Virus record (IMG/VR): IMGVR_UViG_3300046804_002424
Span: 2,068-66,067 of that record
Reading direction: 5' to 3' (one strand)
Source of the DNA: a virus
Taxonomy: Duplodnaviria > Caudoviricetes
Length of the DNA stretch: 64,000 bases
Of the stretch, positions 10,885 through 22,368 are shown one piece after another. Made by a program: the position numbers and the translations under genes. Below the pieces are notes generated by a model. It saw only the letters and a list, made by a program, of their open reading frames with translations. It ran no database searches and was not told the DNA's origin. Position 1 is the stretch's first letter, and the number at the start of each line of letters is the position of its first letter.

Positions 10885-13800
10885 CTATCCTCCACAAGAA
10901 TTTGTACCTGTTAAAATCCATTCATTTTTTATAAAAGTAAAAATACCAGGTTGGTTTGATGATGATATATCATAATTTAAATAATTATTAAATTGTATAA
11001 TAATACTTTCTGGTGTTTCTGGTTGTCCGGTTACCGGGTCAAAGCCTTTAGCGTAAGCGTCCAATATTGTTGCTGTTCCATCATTATTAATAGTTCCTAA
11101 AGCAACTATATTTTGTTTTGATACCGGCTCATAGAAACCTGAAGCCTCATCATAATAACATGTTAATTTTGTCCCCCTAGGTGCTCCATAGCTTTCTGTA
11201 CTATCTCTTACAAAAACCATTCTACGTAAATTATTGGGTAATGGTGATTTTTTATCAGCACTATTTAAAAAGCCTCTTGCTGGAAATGGTGGTACTAAGT
11301 CATCTTCTAATTGAATATCAACTAAACCATATGGTTGTGGAGCTGTCCATACCTTCCTAGTCGGATCCCATCTTAAATCAACTGGGCCTACTGGCCACAT
11401 ATCTGGCCTTAATCCCCAGCCTTTATAAAAGTTATTCTCTTTAATTGGCGCTGTCCACTCTCCTTTTTCAGCATCCCATGTTTGATTTTTGCCTAAAATA
11501 GTACCAGGATAATTTTCGTATCCTCCTGTTTGATCTTTAAGATTTCTAATTCGTAGAGGATATCCATTAGCATTTAAAGATTTAGGTTCTCCAGAAGCAT
11601 TAGGAACAGGAAAACCATCTGTATCAAATCCCCAGCCAGCCATAACAAGCGGACCACGCAAAGCTAAAAATCTATGGTTATTTTGAAAATATTCGAAATT
11701 TTTCTCTCCAACTGTCACAAAGGATGTGCTTGTTGCAACTCTATCTGTAGCTTGATCAAACGCTACAGAATTCCAATCTCCATAAGCCTCTAAATCATTT
11801 TGATCCAATAATTCTGTGCCATTTAAATCAGCATTAAGGTGTGCGCTGATAGATAATGAACCTAAAGGAGGAACAACACTTCTACCAATAATGTCAATAT
11901 GATGAGCCGTATAATCTGTGTCTTGAGCATATTTATTTCTTAATTCTCCAACTGGCATAATAATAGGATTTAAATTTACATAATCTATTTTTTTACTTTT
12001 GGTAGTAGCTAATAATAATTCTTCTAATTTATTTGGATTTTGAATGATTGTCTCATCGGCCTGATCTGATAATATATAAGGAGGTAATCTTCCGTTATTT
12101 GAAGATGATATATCTGGTTCCTGACCAGCTAATACGTCAGAACAAAAATCACAATATAATGTTTTATCAAACCATGTATATTGCTTGGTTCCTCTACATA
12201 CTGGACACCCAGATTTTTTTCCATCGTTCGTTGTTGTATAAGGCTTGTATGATGCTGTAGAATTAAGCATTGTTGGATAAAATGAGACAGGATGTAGTAG
12301 TCCATCGAGACTCATAAATGCTTTTGTACTATACAATTCATCAAATTCTTGTACTATTTCTCTTGATTCTTGCAATCCAACAGTGGTCATCTGTTTAATA
12401 GAATCTCTAGTCCACTGATTATGGGATACTGTATTATTTGGATAATATCCCATTTTGAAATTATTATTAACTTTTCTACTATAGAAAGGAGCAGAATATC
12501 CTACTAAAACGTTGGCTGGACTATAACTTCTTAATACAGAATCACCTCCAGTGCTCCATGATCCATTTACTCGCTCTCCATTAGCTAATCCATTTAAAAT
12601 TGGTAATATCTTATTAAATGATTCTCTAAATTCTTTGTTTAATTTAATAGTAGCTTCAGAAGCTTGTTTTATTCTGTCTGAATTTTCTTTATTAAATAAT
12701 GTGAATTTTTTAGTAAATGTTCTGAATGTATATGTTGTACTAGCGCCATTATCACTAATTTGACATTGTATATTGCTTACCGTTGGACCTCTAAATTTAA
12801 CACCGGCAGCTTTTAATTCAGAACCAAGATTCAAAAAAGGAACTCCACGAATAGTTAAATTCCCTGTTTCTAATTTTTGTTGATAATTATTATCTTGTCC
12901 TACTGTTAATAATGCTATTTCATCCAAAATTCTCATACCACCATACTGCCATGGAACAAAATCTGAATTAATCTCTAATTTTACTCCGCCAATTAGTGTT
13001 TCTATTTTTTTGTTTTTTATTGGTTCTGAATCAAATGGGAATATAGTATCTTTTAATAAATCTGGAGCACTAACCCATGGTCCATAAACAGAAGTATTAT
13101 CAACAATAGGTATTCCAGCAAAAAATGGCATGGCAGCTTTTGGAGCCATACTTAAATTATTAAACTGTTTATTTGCTTTATTTTGCCCCACAGCATTAGA
13201 TGCTGTTGGAGATGTTGATGATTCTTGAGCAGTTGGCACCCTGAACATAGAATTAGCCAGGGCGTTGACAGCTACTACTGCTCCAACATCATCATATTCA
13301 TTGATAAAATATTCGGCTACAGCCGCTTGTACGGATAATGCTTCTGGATTAATAGAATTAATTAAGATTGGTTGATTAACAGATATAATAATTTTTGGAT
13401 ATATTTGTCCATTAATTACATATGTCTCAAATTCTTTTTGTACAGATGCTTTTACATAAATTTTTGACACTCCATTACCCATAGGAATTGCCGTACCAAA
13501 AGGATCAGACAATAATTTATTTGGCTGGGGAACAATTACATTTTCGCCATCTTTTAATTGTAGGGCTGGTTCCCAAAATCCCAAAGATATAGAATTATCA
13601 CCAGCTAAAGTAACCAAACTACTATTTACGCCATATCCCGCCCCATATTTTCTTGCAATATCCCATTTCCAAAAATGAATACCCTGCATATTAGATGATG
13701 CTGTTTTAGATGCGTCATATATTTTTTGATATAATTCTTTACTATAATTGTATTGAAAAGTATTATTAAATCCTAGTATTGGTTCTATTGATCCATCATC

Positions 13801-16482
13801 CTTTAATAGTGGATCTAAAACTGCGTCTCCCACTCTTAAACTGTCATCTATCCAATTACCTGGTTCTTCCCATGCAAAATCTGCGGGTTCAAATGAGTAG
13901 TATATTTTTTGTGATCCTGATCGTAAAAATATGGGAGTATTTGTGTTGGTAGTTCCTATTCTGATAAGTAGTTCATTTCCATTAACATCTCTAAACGGGG
14001 CGTCATCTCTCCAAACTTGAGGAGATGGAACGTTAACCATATACTTTTTACCATAAAACTCATCTCCAATTTTCTTAAAAAATGTTTGAAGATTGTTTAA
14101 TATTGAGTATATTCTTTCGTCATTTAAAACAGATCCATTTGGTGTTAAAGAAACAGACTCATTTCCATTTTGTTTGGCTGATCCATTAGTAGCGTTGATA
14201 TTAAAATTTCTAGATAATCCAGACACTAATCCCTTAATTAAAGGATCAGAGAAACTAGAATATGGAGTTATAGCAGAAGCCTCCTGTGTAAAAATCACAG
14301 GACCAATAACATGTTTCCAAATATCTATAGGAAATCCTGGTTTTTTAATAGAATTAAAGCAATCATATTTGCTGCCATCTTCTAACATTCCTGTCAAAAA
14401 TCCAACATAAGCATCAAATCCGCTCATTGCTGCACGAATCTCTGATTCACTAATTCTGGCATAAAAATTAGAATTACTATATGTGACACCTATAGCGGAT
14501 CCAATTTCAGCTAATCTGAAATATACTAAATATCCAATACCTCCACCATCTGCTATTGATCCTGGTATAGCATTTTTATTTTTATGATGATGACTGACCG
14601 GCCTAACATATCCTGTTATAGGATCATTTCCAAAATATGGACATATAGCATCATAAATATAAGAAGCATATTCATTGCCTCCTGGGATGGCTGTATTTTC
14701 TGTTCCTAAAGGTGTTCTAAAAGTTGTTTGTATTGTGGATATATAATTGCCAACGGGTCTAGCGGTTCCTCCAAATATGCTACTTTCTGTTTTAAAAATA
14801 TTAGTGTAAAGTTCTACTCTACCAAACGGAGTTGCTGGCGTAACATATGAATCGAGGTAATGATCAGGATTTCTTATGTTTGCAGTGTCAAAAAATCTAT
14901 AGTGCTGTAATACATTAGGATCATTTGGAGTGGTTGGATAATGATCAACCTTCAAAAAAACATTGGCATAAGAATTATATCTCAATGTTGATTGTTTAAG
15001 AGCATATTTAAAATTAGCAACTTGATACAATCTTTGTTGTTTTCCTCCAACAATAACTGTCCTTATAGGCTCATTATTACTTAATTCTTCTCCTTTAGAG
15101 TATGATGTAACGGAAACTCCCTGATTTGCGACATCAGTAATAAATTCTTGAACTATATTTTCTGGACTATTTTCTAAAGTATTGATAGAATTAATTTTTA
15201 AATATGGATATATTTTATTTTCTTGTACAATTAATTCCATAGAGATAAAAATAGACTGTCCAGTATTTTCTGCAAGATTATTAAAAAATGTCAATACATC
15301 CATCTTATTTTCTGATATACGATAATTATATGGTATAATACCATTATTTATAATATCGCTATAATTTATTCCGTATGGTATCATATACAAATCTAAATTT
15401 AATTTAGTATAATTTGCATATTTTGATGGCTCAATCAAACCAAAAGAATATTTTTCTTTTTCAGCAGCAGCCAAAGTAAATACATCATTAAGAGTAGATT
15501 TGAATTTTGGTGCTTTGCTAACTATTCTACCATATGGTGAATATCTTAATATTTTTTTCTTTTGAGGATTTGATGTTACTGGTTCTACTGAATTAACTAG
15601 ATCATTTAAACCAGCTAGTACATTAACCGCAGGAATACCTTGTTCACTACGTCCTGATCTTCCATATTGATATAACGACGTTGTGTTGGCTGGTTTATTA
15701 CCATTAATATCGCAATGATCTTCTAAATATCCATATACGTTTAATAAATTAGGAATATTTTGTTCGCCTATGGCTCCTACATAATTACCTTCATTTACTT
15801 TGGGAAATCCGTATTCTATGCCAAATTGAGATCCAATAGCTTTAGAAAATACTGCTCCATTATAATCTCCTAAAATCATTTGAGTTTGATTTAATAAAAA
15901 TGATGGAGCTTCTATATTAATAGTATATGTTGATGTTCCAGAAGACCCTCCTGTTCTTTCCCAACTTTTAACTATGCCATTAAATTCAAAATCATCATAC
16001 TTAAAATATACAGAACATCCAACAATATCTACAGTTTTTGACAAATCTACATTCCCAGATGAGTCTAAAATTTCTCCATAAAATCCAGGATCAGCATCAT
16101 ACCAATATTTGGATATTATTTTTCCATCATATGGAACATAGTATACTTTTCCAGGAATTAAAGAGTTTCCATTTTCGTCTTTATCAAAAGTATTATTTTT
16201 TCTTTTTTCAGTATAATCGTCTCTTGAAGCAATTCCTACTGGTCTTGATACTGGTTGTCCATTAATATTTATTAGTGATGGATATGAACATTTATCAACA
16301 GCTATATCTACGGTTAACTTACTTCCTTCTGTGCCCCATGCTAATGATGCATTAAAAGATTTTATACTCCCACCTAAAAATAATGTTTGAGCATAAACTT
16401 TTGAGCAGCAAATGTTATATGTTTTGGTTTCTCCTCCATTTTTTCCAGGAATATTGATACTAGTTGGACATAAAAAAGCCAT
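10885..16482 (-). CDS. Large tail tip/hub-like structural protein
   Basis: 1865-aa beta-rich ORF after the TMP and fibres; internal CPVC...CDFC zinc finger. Confidence 0.55.
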   Translation of the reverse strand: MAFLCPTSINIPGKNGGETKTYNICCSKVYAQTLFLGGSIKSFNASLAWGTEGSKLTVDIAVDKCSYPSLININGQPVSRPVGIASRDDYTEKRKNNTFDKDENGNSLIPGKVYYVPYDGKIISKYWYDADPGFYGEILDSSGNVDLSKTVDIVGCSVYFKYDDFEFNGIVKSWERTGGSSGTSTYTINIEAPSFLLNQTQMILGDYNGAVFSKAIGSQFGIEYGFPKVNEGNYVGAIGEQNIPNLLNVYGYLEDHCDINGNKPANTTSLYQYGRSGRSEQGIPAVNVLAGLNDLVNSVEPVTSNPQKKKILRYSPYGRIVSKAPKFKSTLNDVFTLAAAEKEKYSFGLIEPSKYANYTKLNLDLYMIPYGINYSDIINNGIIPYNYRISENKMDVLTFFNNLAENTGQSIFISMELIVQENKIYPYLKINSINTLENSPENIVQEFITDVANQGVSVTSYSKGEELSNNEPIRTVIVGGKQQRLYQVANFKYALKQSTLRYNSYANVFLKVDHYPTTPNDPNVLQHYRFFDTANIRNPDHYLDSYVTPATPFGRVELYTNIFKTESSIFGGTARPVGNYISTIQTTFRTPLGTENTAIPGGNEYASYIYDAICPYFGNDPITGYVRPVSHHHKNKNAIPGSIADGGGIGYLVYFRLAEIGSAIGVTYSNSNFYARISESEIRAAMSGFDAYVGFLTGMLEDGSKYDCFNSIKKPGFPIDIWKHVIGPVIFTQEASAITPYSSFSDPLIKGLVSGLSRNFNINATNGSAKQNGNESVSLTPNGSVLNDERIYSILNNLQTFFKKIGDEFYGKKYMVNVPSPQVWRDDAPFRDVNGNELLIRIGTTNTNTPIFLRSGSQKIYYSFEPADFAWEEPGNWIDDSLRVGDAVLDPLLKDDGSIEPILGFNNTFQYNYSKELYQKIYDASKTASSNMQGIHFWKWDIARKYGAGYGVNSSLVTLAGDNSISLGFWEPALQLKDGENVIVPQPNKLLSDPFGTAIPMGNGVSKIYVKASVQKEFETYVINGQIYPKIIISVNQPILINSINPEALSVQAAVAEYFINEYDDVGAVVAVNALANSMFRVPTAQESSTSPTASNAVGQNKANKQFNNLSMAPKAAMPFFAGIPIVDNTSVYGPWVSAPDLLKDTIFPFDSEPIKNKKIETLIGGVKLEINSDFVPWQYGGMRILDEIALLTVGQDNNYQQKLETGNLTIRGVPFLNLGSELKAAGVKFRGPTVSNIQCQISDNGASTTYTFRTFTKKFTLFNKENSDRIKQASEATIKLNKEFRESFNKILPILNGLANGERVNGSWSTGGDSVLRSYSPANVLVGYSAPFYSRKVNNNFKMGYYPNNTVSHNQWTRDSIKQMTTVGLQESREIVQEFDELYSTKAFMSLDGLLHPVSFYPTMLNSTASYKPYTTTNDGKKSGCPVCRGTKQYTWFDKTLYCDFCSDVLAGQEPDISSSNNGRLPPYILSDQADETIIQNPNKLEELLLATTKSKKIDYVNLNPIIMPVGELRNKYAQDTDYTAHHIDIIGRSVVPPLGSLSISAHLNADLNGTELLDQNDLEAYGDWNSVAFDQATDRVATSTSFVTVGEKNFEYFQNNHRFLALRGPLVMAGWGFDTDGFPVPNASGEPKSLNANGYPLRIRNLKDQTGGYENYPGTILGKNQTWDAEKGEWTAPIKENNFYKGWGLRPDMWPVGPVDLRWDPTRKVWTAPQPYGLVDIQLEDDLVPPFPARGFLNSADKKSPLPNNLRRMVFVRDSTESYGAPRGTKLTCYYDEASGFYEPVSKQNIVALGTINNDGTATILDAYAKGFDPVTGQPETPESIIIQFNNYLNYDISSSNQPGIFTFIKNEWILTGTNSCGG

Positions 16483-16501
16483 ATAAAAATCCTATTTAAT
16501 A

Positions 16502-18274
16502 TTAGAGATTACACGCTCCTGATGTATATACCCAAGTCACATCCCAATTGAATCTTCCTTCAAACGGATTCCATGATTGGGTATCTCCGGTCTTAAAAAC
16601 CAATCCAATATCAGATATAGAGTAAGACGATGTTGGAACAAGAGTCGCAAATGCTGTTGCTCCTATCGGTTTAAATGCGTCCATAAGTTGTTTTAACTGT
16701 TGATATTCTGGTCTACTAGCATGAATAACACACTCTGGTGATTGCGGATGACTGGATTTAAATCCTGTAGGAGTAGGATAAACTACTTCAATATTTACTC
16801 TTCTTTCAGACTTAGAATTACCAACTTTTTCTAAAACTGGCCCAAGTGGTCTGCCCAAAACAAATGTTTCTGCAACAACGTCTGTTTGTCTATTATCAGT
16901 TACTGATATAGTTGAACTTAAAACTCCAGATAGCCACGATCCTGGTTTATTATTATAAGAAACAGAATATGTTATGGAACCTGCAATTGGACTTAAAGTT
17001 TCAGTATATGATAATGGAGTTATATTAAGTGGTATTATACTTTTAGGACCAATCCATTGTACTGGCTGAGTTCGTCCTGTTGGAGCATCTGGAGACGGAA
17101 CAGAGGATAGTGCTGAAGATGCTCTTTGGTATAAATATGGCTTAACCCCTGACATATATCCGTATAGTGCGTTTGTAAACTTGTTATTAGCTCTAGTTTG
17201 ATCTGGAAATGATGGAAAAAATTCTTTAATTAAATTACCTGTCATTATGGAACTTGGAAATACAACATATCCATTTGGAGCTTGTTCTAGACCCTTAATT
17301 GTTCCATTTAATGTAACAGTTTTAGAAAATTTTTCATCAGTAGATATTTCCCACGTAAAATCTTCAGTATATCTAACTCCTGTTCCTAAAGCCAACCAAG
17401 TGTCAGTAATACCATAAGATCCAGCAGACACATTAGATTCTACAGTTCTCATGTGGTTATATAATCTTAAACCATCAGTGACCTGTTCATATGGCTGATT
17501 TGTTATTTGGACACCAGTAGCAATGCTTGATGATGACGAACTGGTAAATGGAACGTATGCTATATTCGCTCTGTCTTTGACCCATTTCGAAGCTTCTACA
17601 AATGCTGCACTTTTTAATGCTGGATTAATTGGATTATTTGGATTGCTTCTATCAATAGCTTTACCAACGGCACTTAATCTATGTGTAATTCTATATTGTA
17701 AAAAATTACGCATTGGAATATCTTGAATTTTAATCTCTAAATCAGTTTGAGACGGAGACTTTGATGTATCTATAGTAGCATTTGGTTTAAAATCATATGA
17801 AGTTGTCTTTTGAACATGATTATAGTAATAAACTTCTTCTAGTGGTTCTATTGTCCAACTATCATCGTATGATTCTATTAAGGCATTTCCAGTAGTACTT
17901 ATGCTTTCTAAACTTATAGTATATGGCAATGTGACAACCCAATTATTTTCGCTCTTAGAAGCGTTGCTAGATACAAAATATGTTCCAGAATAATTGGTTA
18001 ATTGTAGGTTATTGCAAATTATTTCAAATGTTGAATTTTGTTTAATTGGATCTTTAAAATATGCTTCTATTCCACTATACCGGGCTAAACAATCGCTTAA
18101 TCCTGTTCCTATTACTGTGCCTTCTAATTGTAGAGTAGTTTTATATGATAAAATATTATTATCTATATCTCTATTTGCTGTAGTGTCTATTGTAAGTAAT
18201 GGTATTGCTCTACCACTATTAGGAGGATTACTAAATAAAGATCCTCCATATCTTATATTAACCTCATTAGCCAT
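16502..18274 (-). CDS. Putative distal tail/baseplate protein
   Basis: 590-aa Ser/Thr-rich beta protein in the tail module. Confidence 0.5.
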   Translation of the reverse strand: MANEVNIRYGGSLFSNPPNSGRAIPLLTIDTTANRDIDNNILSYKTTLQLEGTVIGTGLSDCLARYSGIEAYFKDPIKQNSTFEIICNNLQLTNYSGTYFVSSNASKSENNWVVTLPYTISLESISTTGNALIESYDDSWTIEPLEEVYYYNHVQKTTSYDFKPNATIDTSKSPSQTDLEIKIQDIPMRNFLQYRITHRLSAVGKAIDRSNPNNPINPALKSAAFVEASKWVKDRANIAYVPFTSSSSSSIATGVQITNQPYEQVTDGLRLYNHMRTVESNVSAGSYGITDTWLALGTGVRYTEDFTWEISTDEKFSKTVTLNGTIKGLEQAPNGYVVFPSSIMTGNLIKEFFPSFPDQTRANNKFTNALYGYMSGVKPYLYQRASSALSSVPSPDAPTGRTQPVQWIGPKSIIPLNITPLSYTETLSPIAGSITYSVSYNNKPGSWLSGVLSSTISVTDNRQTDVVAETFVLGRPLGPVLEKVGNSKSERRVNIEVVYPTPTGFKSSHPQSPECVIHASRPEYQQLKQLMDAFKPIGATAFATLVPTSSYSISDIGLVFKTGDTQSWNPFEGRFNWDVTWVYTSGACNL

Positions 18275-18295
18275 ATTAAATCCTTATCTTAGTTA

Positions 18296-19582
18296 TCAGG
18301 GCGACTTAAGAGCTAATCTCCAATTTGATCCGTCATGTATAAAAGAAGCAGCAGAATATGTTGCATCTAATGTCACTAATAATGGACTAAGATTAGTTGG
18401 ACCATTGTATACGTCTAAAGAATATGTTGTATCTGTATTTCTAATTATAAATTCTGCACCCTCTGAAACCGTTAACGACAAAAGAACATCTCTGCTACTT
18501 CCACCAGGATTTAGAAACTGGTACTTGTCAGAAGCTAAACCTAAACTAATATCATCTGTTAAAGTGATTGTTGTAACTCTAATTGATGCTGGAATTACGG
18601 TATTTGTTATTGTTATCGTGTCTGTTGAAGTATTGGCATCTATTGAAATACCTTCTCCAGCTTGAATATTCAAGGTATCAGTATTAGAATCAGCAGTTAT
18701 AGTAGTACCACTTACCGCGATATTAGCAAAAGCAATATTATTAGTATTATCTGATGTTAATCTAACAATTCTATTAGAACTATTTAATCCTAATGGAATA
18801 GCATTTGTTGTGCTATCTGTTGGACATTGATTTTCAATACTTCCAGAGATTTTCAATATGCTATATGAATTATCCCATTTTAAACTATTGGCCACATCAA
18901 ATCTAGTAGCTGATGAATTATAGAAAAAAATGTTTCCTTCATTTGTTGTTAATGAAGATAAATCTACTCCAATACCACCCTTGGTTACTCCAACTACTCC
19001 TGATATTTTAGCAGGTGGTAGGGTATTGTCTGTTAGATTTCCCATGAAAGATGTTGATGTTACGCCATATACATTTTGATCTAAACTACTCCAACCCATA
19101 ATTTTAAAGGATGATACAAATCCTGTTGTCCAGTCATCTACTGTCTGGATTCTGACATCTCCTCCAACATCTAGGGTTGCTAAAGCTTCTGTAGATTTAT
19201 TTACATTTAATCTTCCAGTACTAGGATTCCATGTTAATGTATCATTCGTTGCTTTATCAATAGTATGATTACCGTTGGAATTATAATTAAAATACATTAA
19301 TGGTTTAGAGTTGCCTACAGATGGAGCAGTTGCTCCTGTAAAAGAATTATTAGTTCCACCATACTTGGTTTTAAGCGACTCTTCGCTACTTCCCGGCAAT
19401 CCTAATCCGATAAATCTTCTTATCTCTCCATTGCTCAATTTAATATATAATCTACCATTATTAAAACCATTAGATGCGGACCCTAATGTTGAAGCATTAA
19501 TAGCTATTTCTCCTTCTGTTATTTCTGATGAAGAAGGAGTGGTATTAGTATTAAGATTTGTTCTGTGATAATATTTAGTCAT
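18296..19582 (-). CDS. Tail fibre-like protein
   Basis: N-terminal P...EGEIAIN...LYIK fibre motif; GVTKGG and LDVGG fibre repeats. Confidence 0.6.
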   Translation of the reverse strand: MTKYYHRTNLNTNTTPSSSEITEGEIAINASTLGSASNGFNNGRLYIKLSNGEIRRFIGLGLPGSSEESLKTKYGGTNNSFTGATAPSVGNSKPLMYFNYNSNGNHTIDKATNDTLTWNPSTGRLNVNKSTEALATLDVGGDVRIQTVDDWTTGFVSSFKIMGWSSLDQNVYGVTSTSFMGNLTDNTLPPAKISGVVGVTKGGIGVDLSSLTTNEGNIFFYNSSATRFDVANSLKWDNSYSILKISGSIENQCPTDSTTNAIPLGLNSSNRIVRLTSDNTNNIAFANIAVSGTTITADSNTDTLNIQAGEGISIDANTSTDTITITNTVIPASIRVTTITLTDDISLGLASDKYQFLNPGGSSRDVLLSLTVSEGAEFIIRNTDTTYSLDVYNGPTNLSPLLVTLDATYSAASFIHDGSNWRLALKSP

Positions 19583-19594
19583 ATTAAAAACCTT

Positions 19595-22366
19595 TTAACT
19601 ATCTGATGTTCCTGAAAAAGCTCCATAGCCAGCAATCATAGTATTAGTGTAAGCCAATTTGTTATCGTTTGTATCAAATACCATCATTTTGATGTCATCT
19701 GTTGTTGTGGTAGTTGGATATGATGTGGCATATGTTTGCTCTGATAATATAGACTCTGAGACACCCTGATTAATATATAAGCCAGATGATGTTATAGAAA
19801 ATCTGTTTGGTGATGATGGTCCAGAATCATATGATACTGTGAATTGATTATTATTATATTCTACATAATAGTAAGTACTATTAAATAATCTAGTTATTCC
19901 AGACACATGTAAATTATAAGAAGGTACTGCATTAATACCTATTCTATTAAATTCACTATCAACAATAAATAAATTGTTTGTTCCGGAACCTAAAATATTG
20001 AATGCTTTACTTAATGCTGCTTTATTATTATTAATTAATACAGTTCCTTGTCCAGTTGGAAACACTGTATTGGTACTACCTAAATATAAACCACTTGTGG
20101 CGCTCCAATAAACTCCTGTTGTGGAAACTAGACTTGTTCCATCATAAATAACCATTGCATTATTGGTCATAGACGATGACAATTTAGCAATATTACTTGG
20201 TATAATAGCGGATGGATCAACAAAAGAAACATAGCCGTTTGGCTGATATGTTGCTATTGCTCCAGAAACAGGGGCTGAGGATGTTCCAGAATTTATAATA
20301 ATATTTTGAACATAAATACTATCTGTTGATAAAGTTCCACTTACATCTAGCGAATATGATCCTGGAGTTTTATTTACTCCTATACCATTATTTCTGATAA
20401 AAATACCTGAAGTGCTAGATGCTCCATATATACTAATATTATTAATTAATCCTGAATTAACAACAATATTTCCAGAATTAAGAACTATTGATGGATTATT
20501 AATGCCAAGAACAATACCATTCCCAGACGAAGATAAATTATGACCTATGATTATACCACTATTTCCTAGTATGGTATCATTATTACCTATTACTACAGAA
20601 CTATTACCATTAACTAATCCACTATTACCAATATAAATTGTATCTCTTCCATTTATATTATTAGTATTACCTATTGAACAGCTATATACTCCGGAAACAT
20701 TTGATTGAGATCCAATAATTGTAGTTAAATCTTTACCACTATTATTTAATCCAATTATATTACCAGATGAACCAATGAAAATATTATTTTGTCCAATATT
20801 TGAGATATAATTACCACTAATATATGTGGAATGTCCAACATCTATTATCCCAGTACCAGAAACAGAAGAATTATTTCCTATTAGTAAAATATTAGAACCA
20901 TAGACTGTATCTGATCCTATAACCGAAATTTGATTACCAGACACTGTTGATGAATGACCGGCTACTAAATTACCACTACCTTGTAAACTGTTAGAATTGC
21001 CAACTAAAATGTTTGTATTGGAAGTTGTACCAGAAAGATTATTATTGTTACCTCCAATAAAATTATTATATCCACTATTAATTACTTTGTTTCCAATTAT
21101 AACATTATTATTATCGTTAGTTTGAGATGCTAGTCCAATATTAATTTTTGTTGGATGAACAGCAAGAATATTGGTCGAGACACCAGAAAGGTCAACATTA
21201 AATAATAATTCTCCACTGGTATTATTGATTGTTGTTCCTAATATTCTACTTTTAATTTGGGCATAATTTACTTGTTGGGCACTACTATTTCTTCCAGCTA
21301 AATTAATAATTGCTGGATAATCTCCAACTTCTGAGCCGCTAGTAGAATTATGATACAATGTGAGCTGTGTTCCACTGGCACATTGTGAAGATGTTTCAAG
21401 TCTCAAGGTTTCATTTGCACATCTACCAACCAGATGTAATACTGACGAAGGAGTATTTGTATTAACTCCTAATCTTCCTGTTGAAGCATCAAAGTATATC
21501 TGATTTACTGTTCCTGTACCTTTTACTTGAAAATCGGAGTTGTATGCTTGATTGTTAAAAACAATATTTTGTCCAGAAAATGCTGGTAAAATTATATTCC
21601 CAGAAGCTGTTGAAGAGCCGCCGAGTATAAGATTGCTATTGTCCCAATGAAGATTATTACTTCCTGCAAAATCTACTTCATTAAGTTTAAATTGTAAATT
21701 ACCTGAAGAACCGGCTGGTAATCCGGCACTATCTATTTGAATCTCATTATTTAGTTCATACCAGCCAGATCCATCTGAAATTATAGATGTAAATTTTGTT
21801 GCTGGAGTAAGAGTTAATGTTGATGCGCCATCAATGAGTTGTGATCCAGATGGTGAGATAATGATATTATTTGTTGATGAATTTAAAGATCTAAATGATA
21901 AAAGTAGATTTTTATTTCCAGATGCCGATGGTAAACTAACTGTTACGTTTGATCCGCTAGCAGAAATACCATATGTTGTTTGAACTGTGTCTGCTACAAA
22001 ACTTGATGTTTTTAAAGCAAAATTATTGCTGCCATGGTTAATTCGCTCTGCATCTATTACTGCTATTACGCTTTTAGTTCCGGCGCTTAAAACAACTTTA
22101 GCATTGCTGTTTGAAGATTTATAAATAGTAGTAACGCTATCATATCCTCCACGAGCTAATACTATTTGACCACCATTATCTATAACTTTACCAAGACCAT
22201 ACTCCCATTCTTGCAGAGAATCGTGTTTTAAATAATATGGAACATATTTATTTACTAAACTAGATAAAGAAGTGTAGTATGATAGTGCTGATCCAAGTAA
22301 TAGATCATTTAATCCATCACTGCTTGTTGTATTTCCAAGATTATTATCGTAATAATATACTGTCAT
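19595..22366 (-). CDS. Tail fibre/adhesin with YadA-head-like GxxN repeats
   Basis: EWEYGLG N-terminal motif, GRLGVNT..P...LH fibre repeats, and about 20 IGxNNx repeats. Confidence 0.7.
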   Translation of the reverse strand: MTVYYYDNNLGNTTSSDGLNDLLLGSALSYYTSLSSLVNKYVPYYLKHDSLQEWEYGLGKVIDNGGQIVLARGGYDSVTTIYKSSNSNAKVVLSAGTKSVIAVIDAERINHGSNNFALKTSSFVADTVQTTYGISASGSNVTVSLPSASGNKNLLLSFRSLNSSTNNIIISPSGSQLIDGASTLTLTPATKFTSIISDGSGWYELNNEIQIDSAGLPAGSSGNLQFKLNEVDFAGSNNLHWDNSNLILGGSSTASGNIILPAFSGQNIVFNNQAYNSDFQVKGTGTVNQIYFDASTGRLGVNTNTPSSVLHLVGRCANETLRLETSSQCASGTQLTLYHNSTSGSEVGDYPAIINLAGRNSSAQQVNYAQIKSRILGTTINNTSGELLFNVDLSGVSTNILAVHPTKINIGLASQTNDNNNVIIGNKVINSGYNNFIGGNNNNLSGTTSNTNILVGNSNSLQGSGNLVAGHSSTVSGNQISVIGSDTVYGSNILLIGNNSSVSGTGIIDVGHSTYISGNYISNIGQNNIFIGSSGNIIGLNNSGKDLTTIIGSQSNVSGVYSCSIGNTNNINGRDTIYIGNSGLVNGNSSVVIGNNDTILGNSGIIIGHNLSSSGNGIVLGINNPSIVLNSGNIVVNSGLINNISIYGASSTSGIFIRNNGIGVNKTPGSYSLDVSGTLSTDSIYVQNIIINSGTSSAPVSGAIATYQPNGYVSFVDPSAIIPSNIAKLSSSMTNNAMVIYDGTSLVSTTGVYWSATSGLYLGSTNTVFPTGQGTVLINNNKAALSKAFNILGSGTNNLFIVDSEFNRIGINAVPSYNLHVSGITRLFNSTYYYVEYNNNQFTVSYDSGPSSPNRFSITSSGLYINQGVSESILSEQTYATSYPTTTTTDDIKMMVFDTNDNKLAYTNTMIAGYGAFSGTSDS

Positions 22367-22368
22367 AA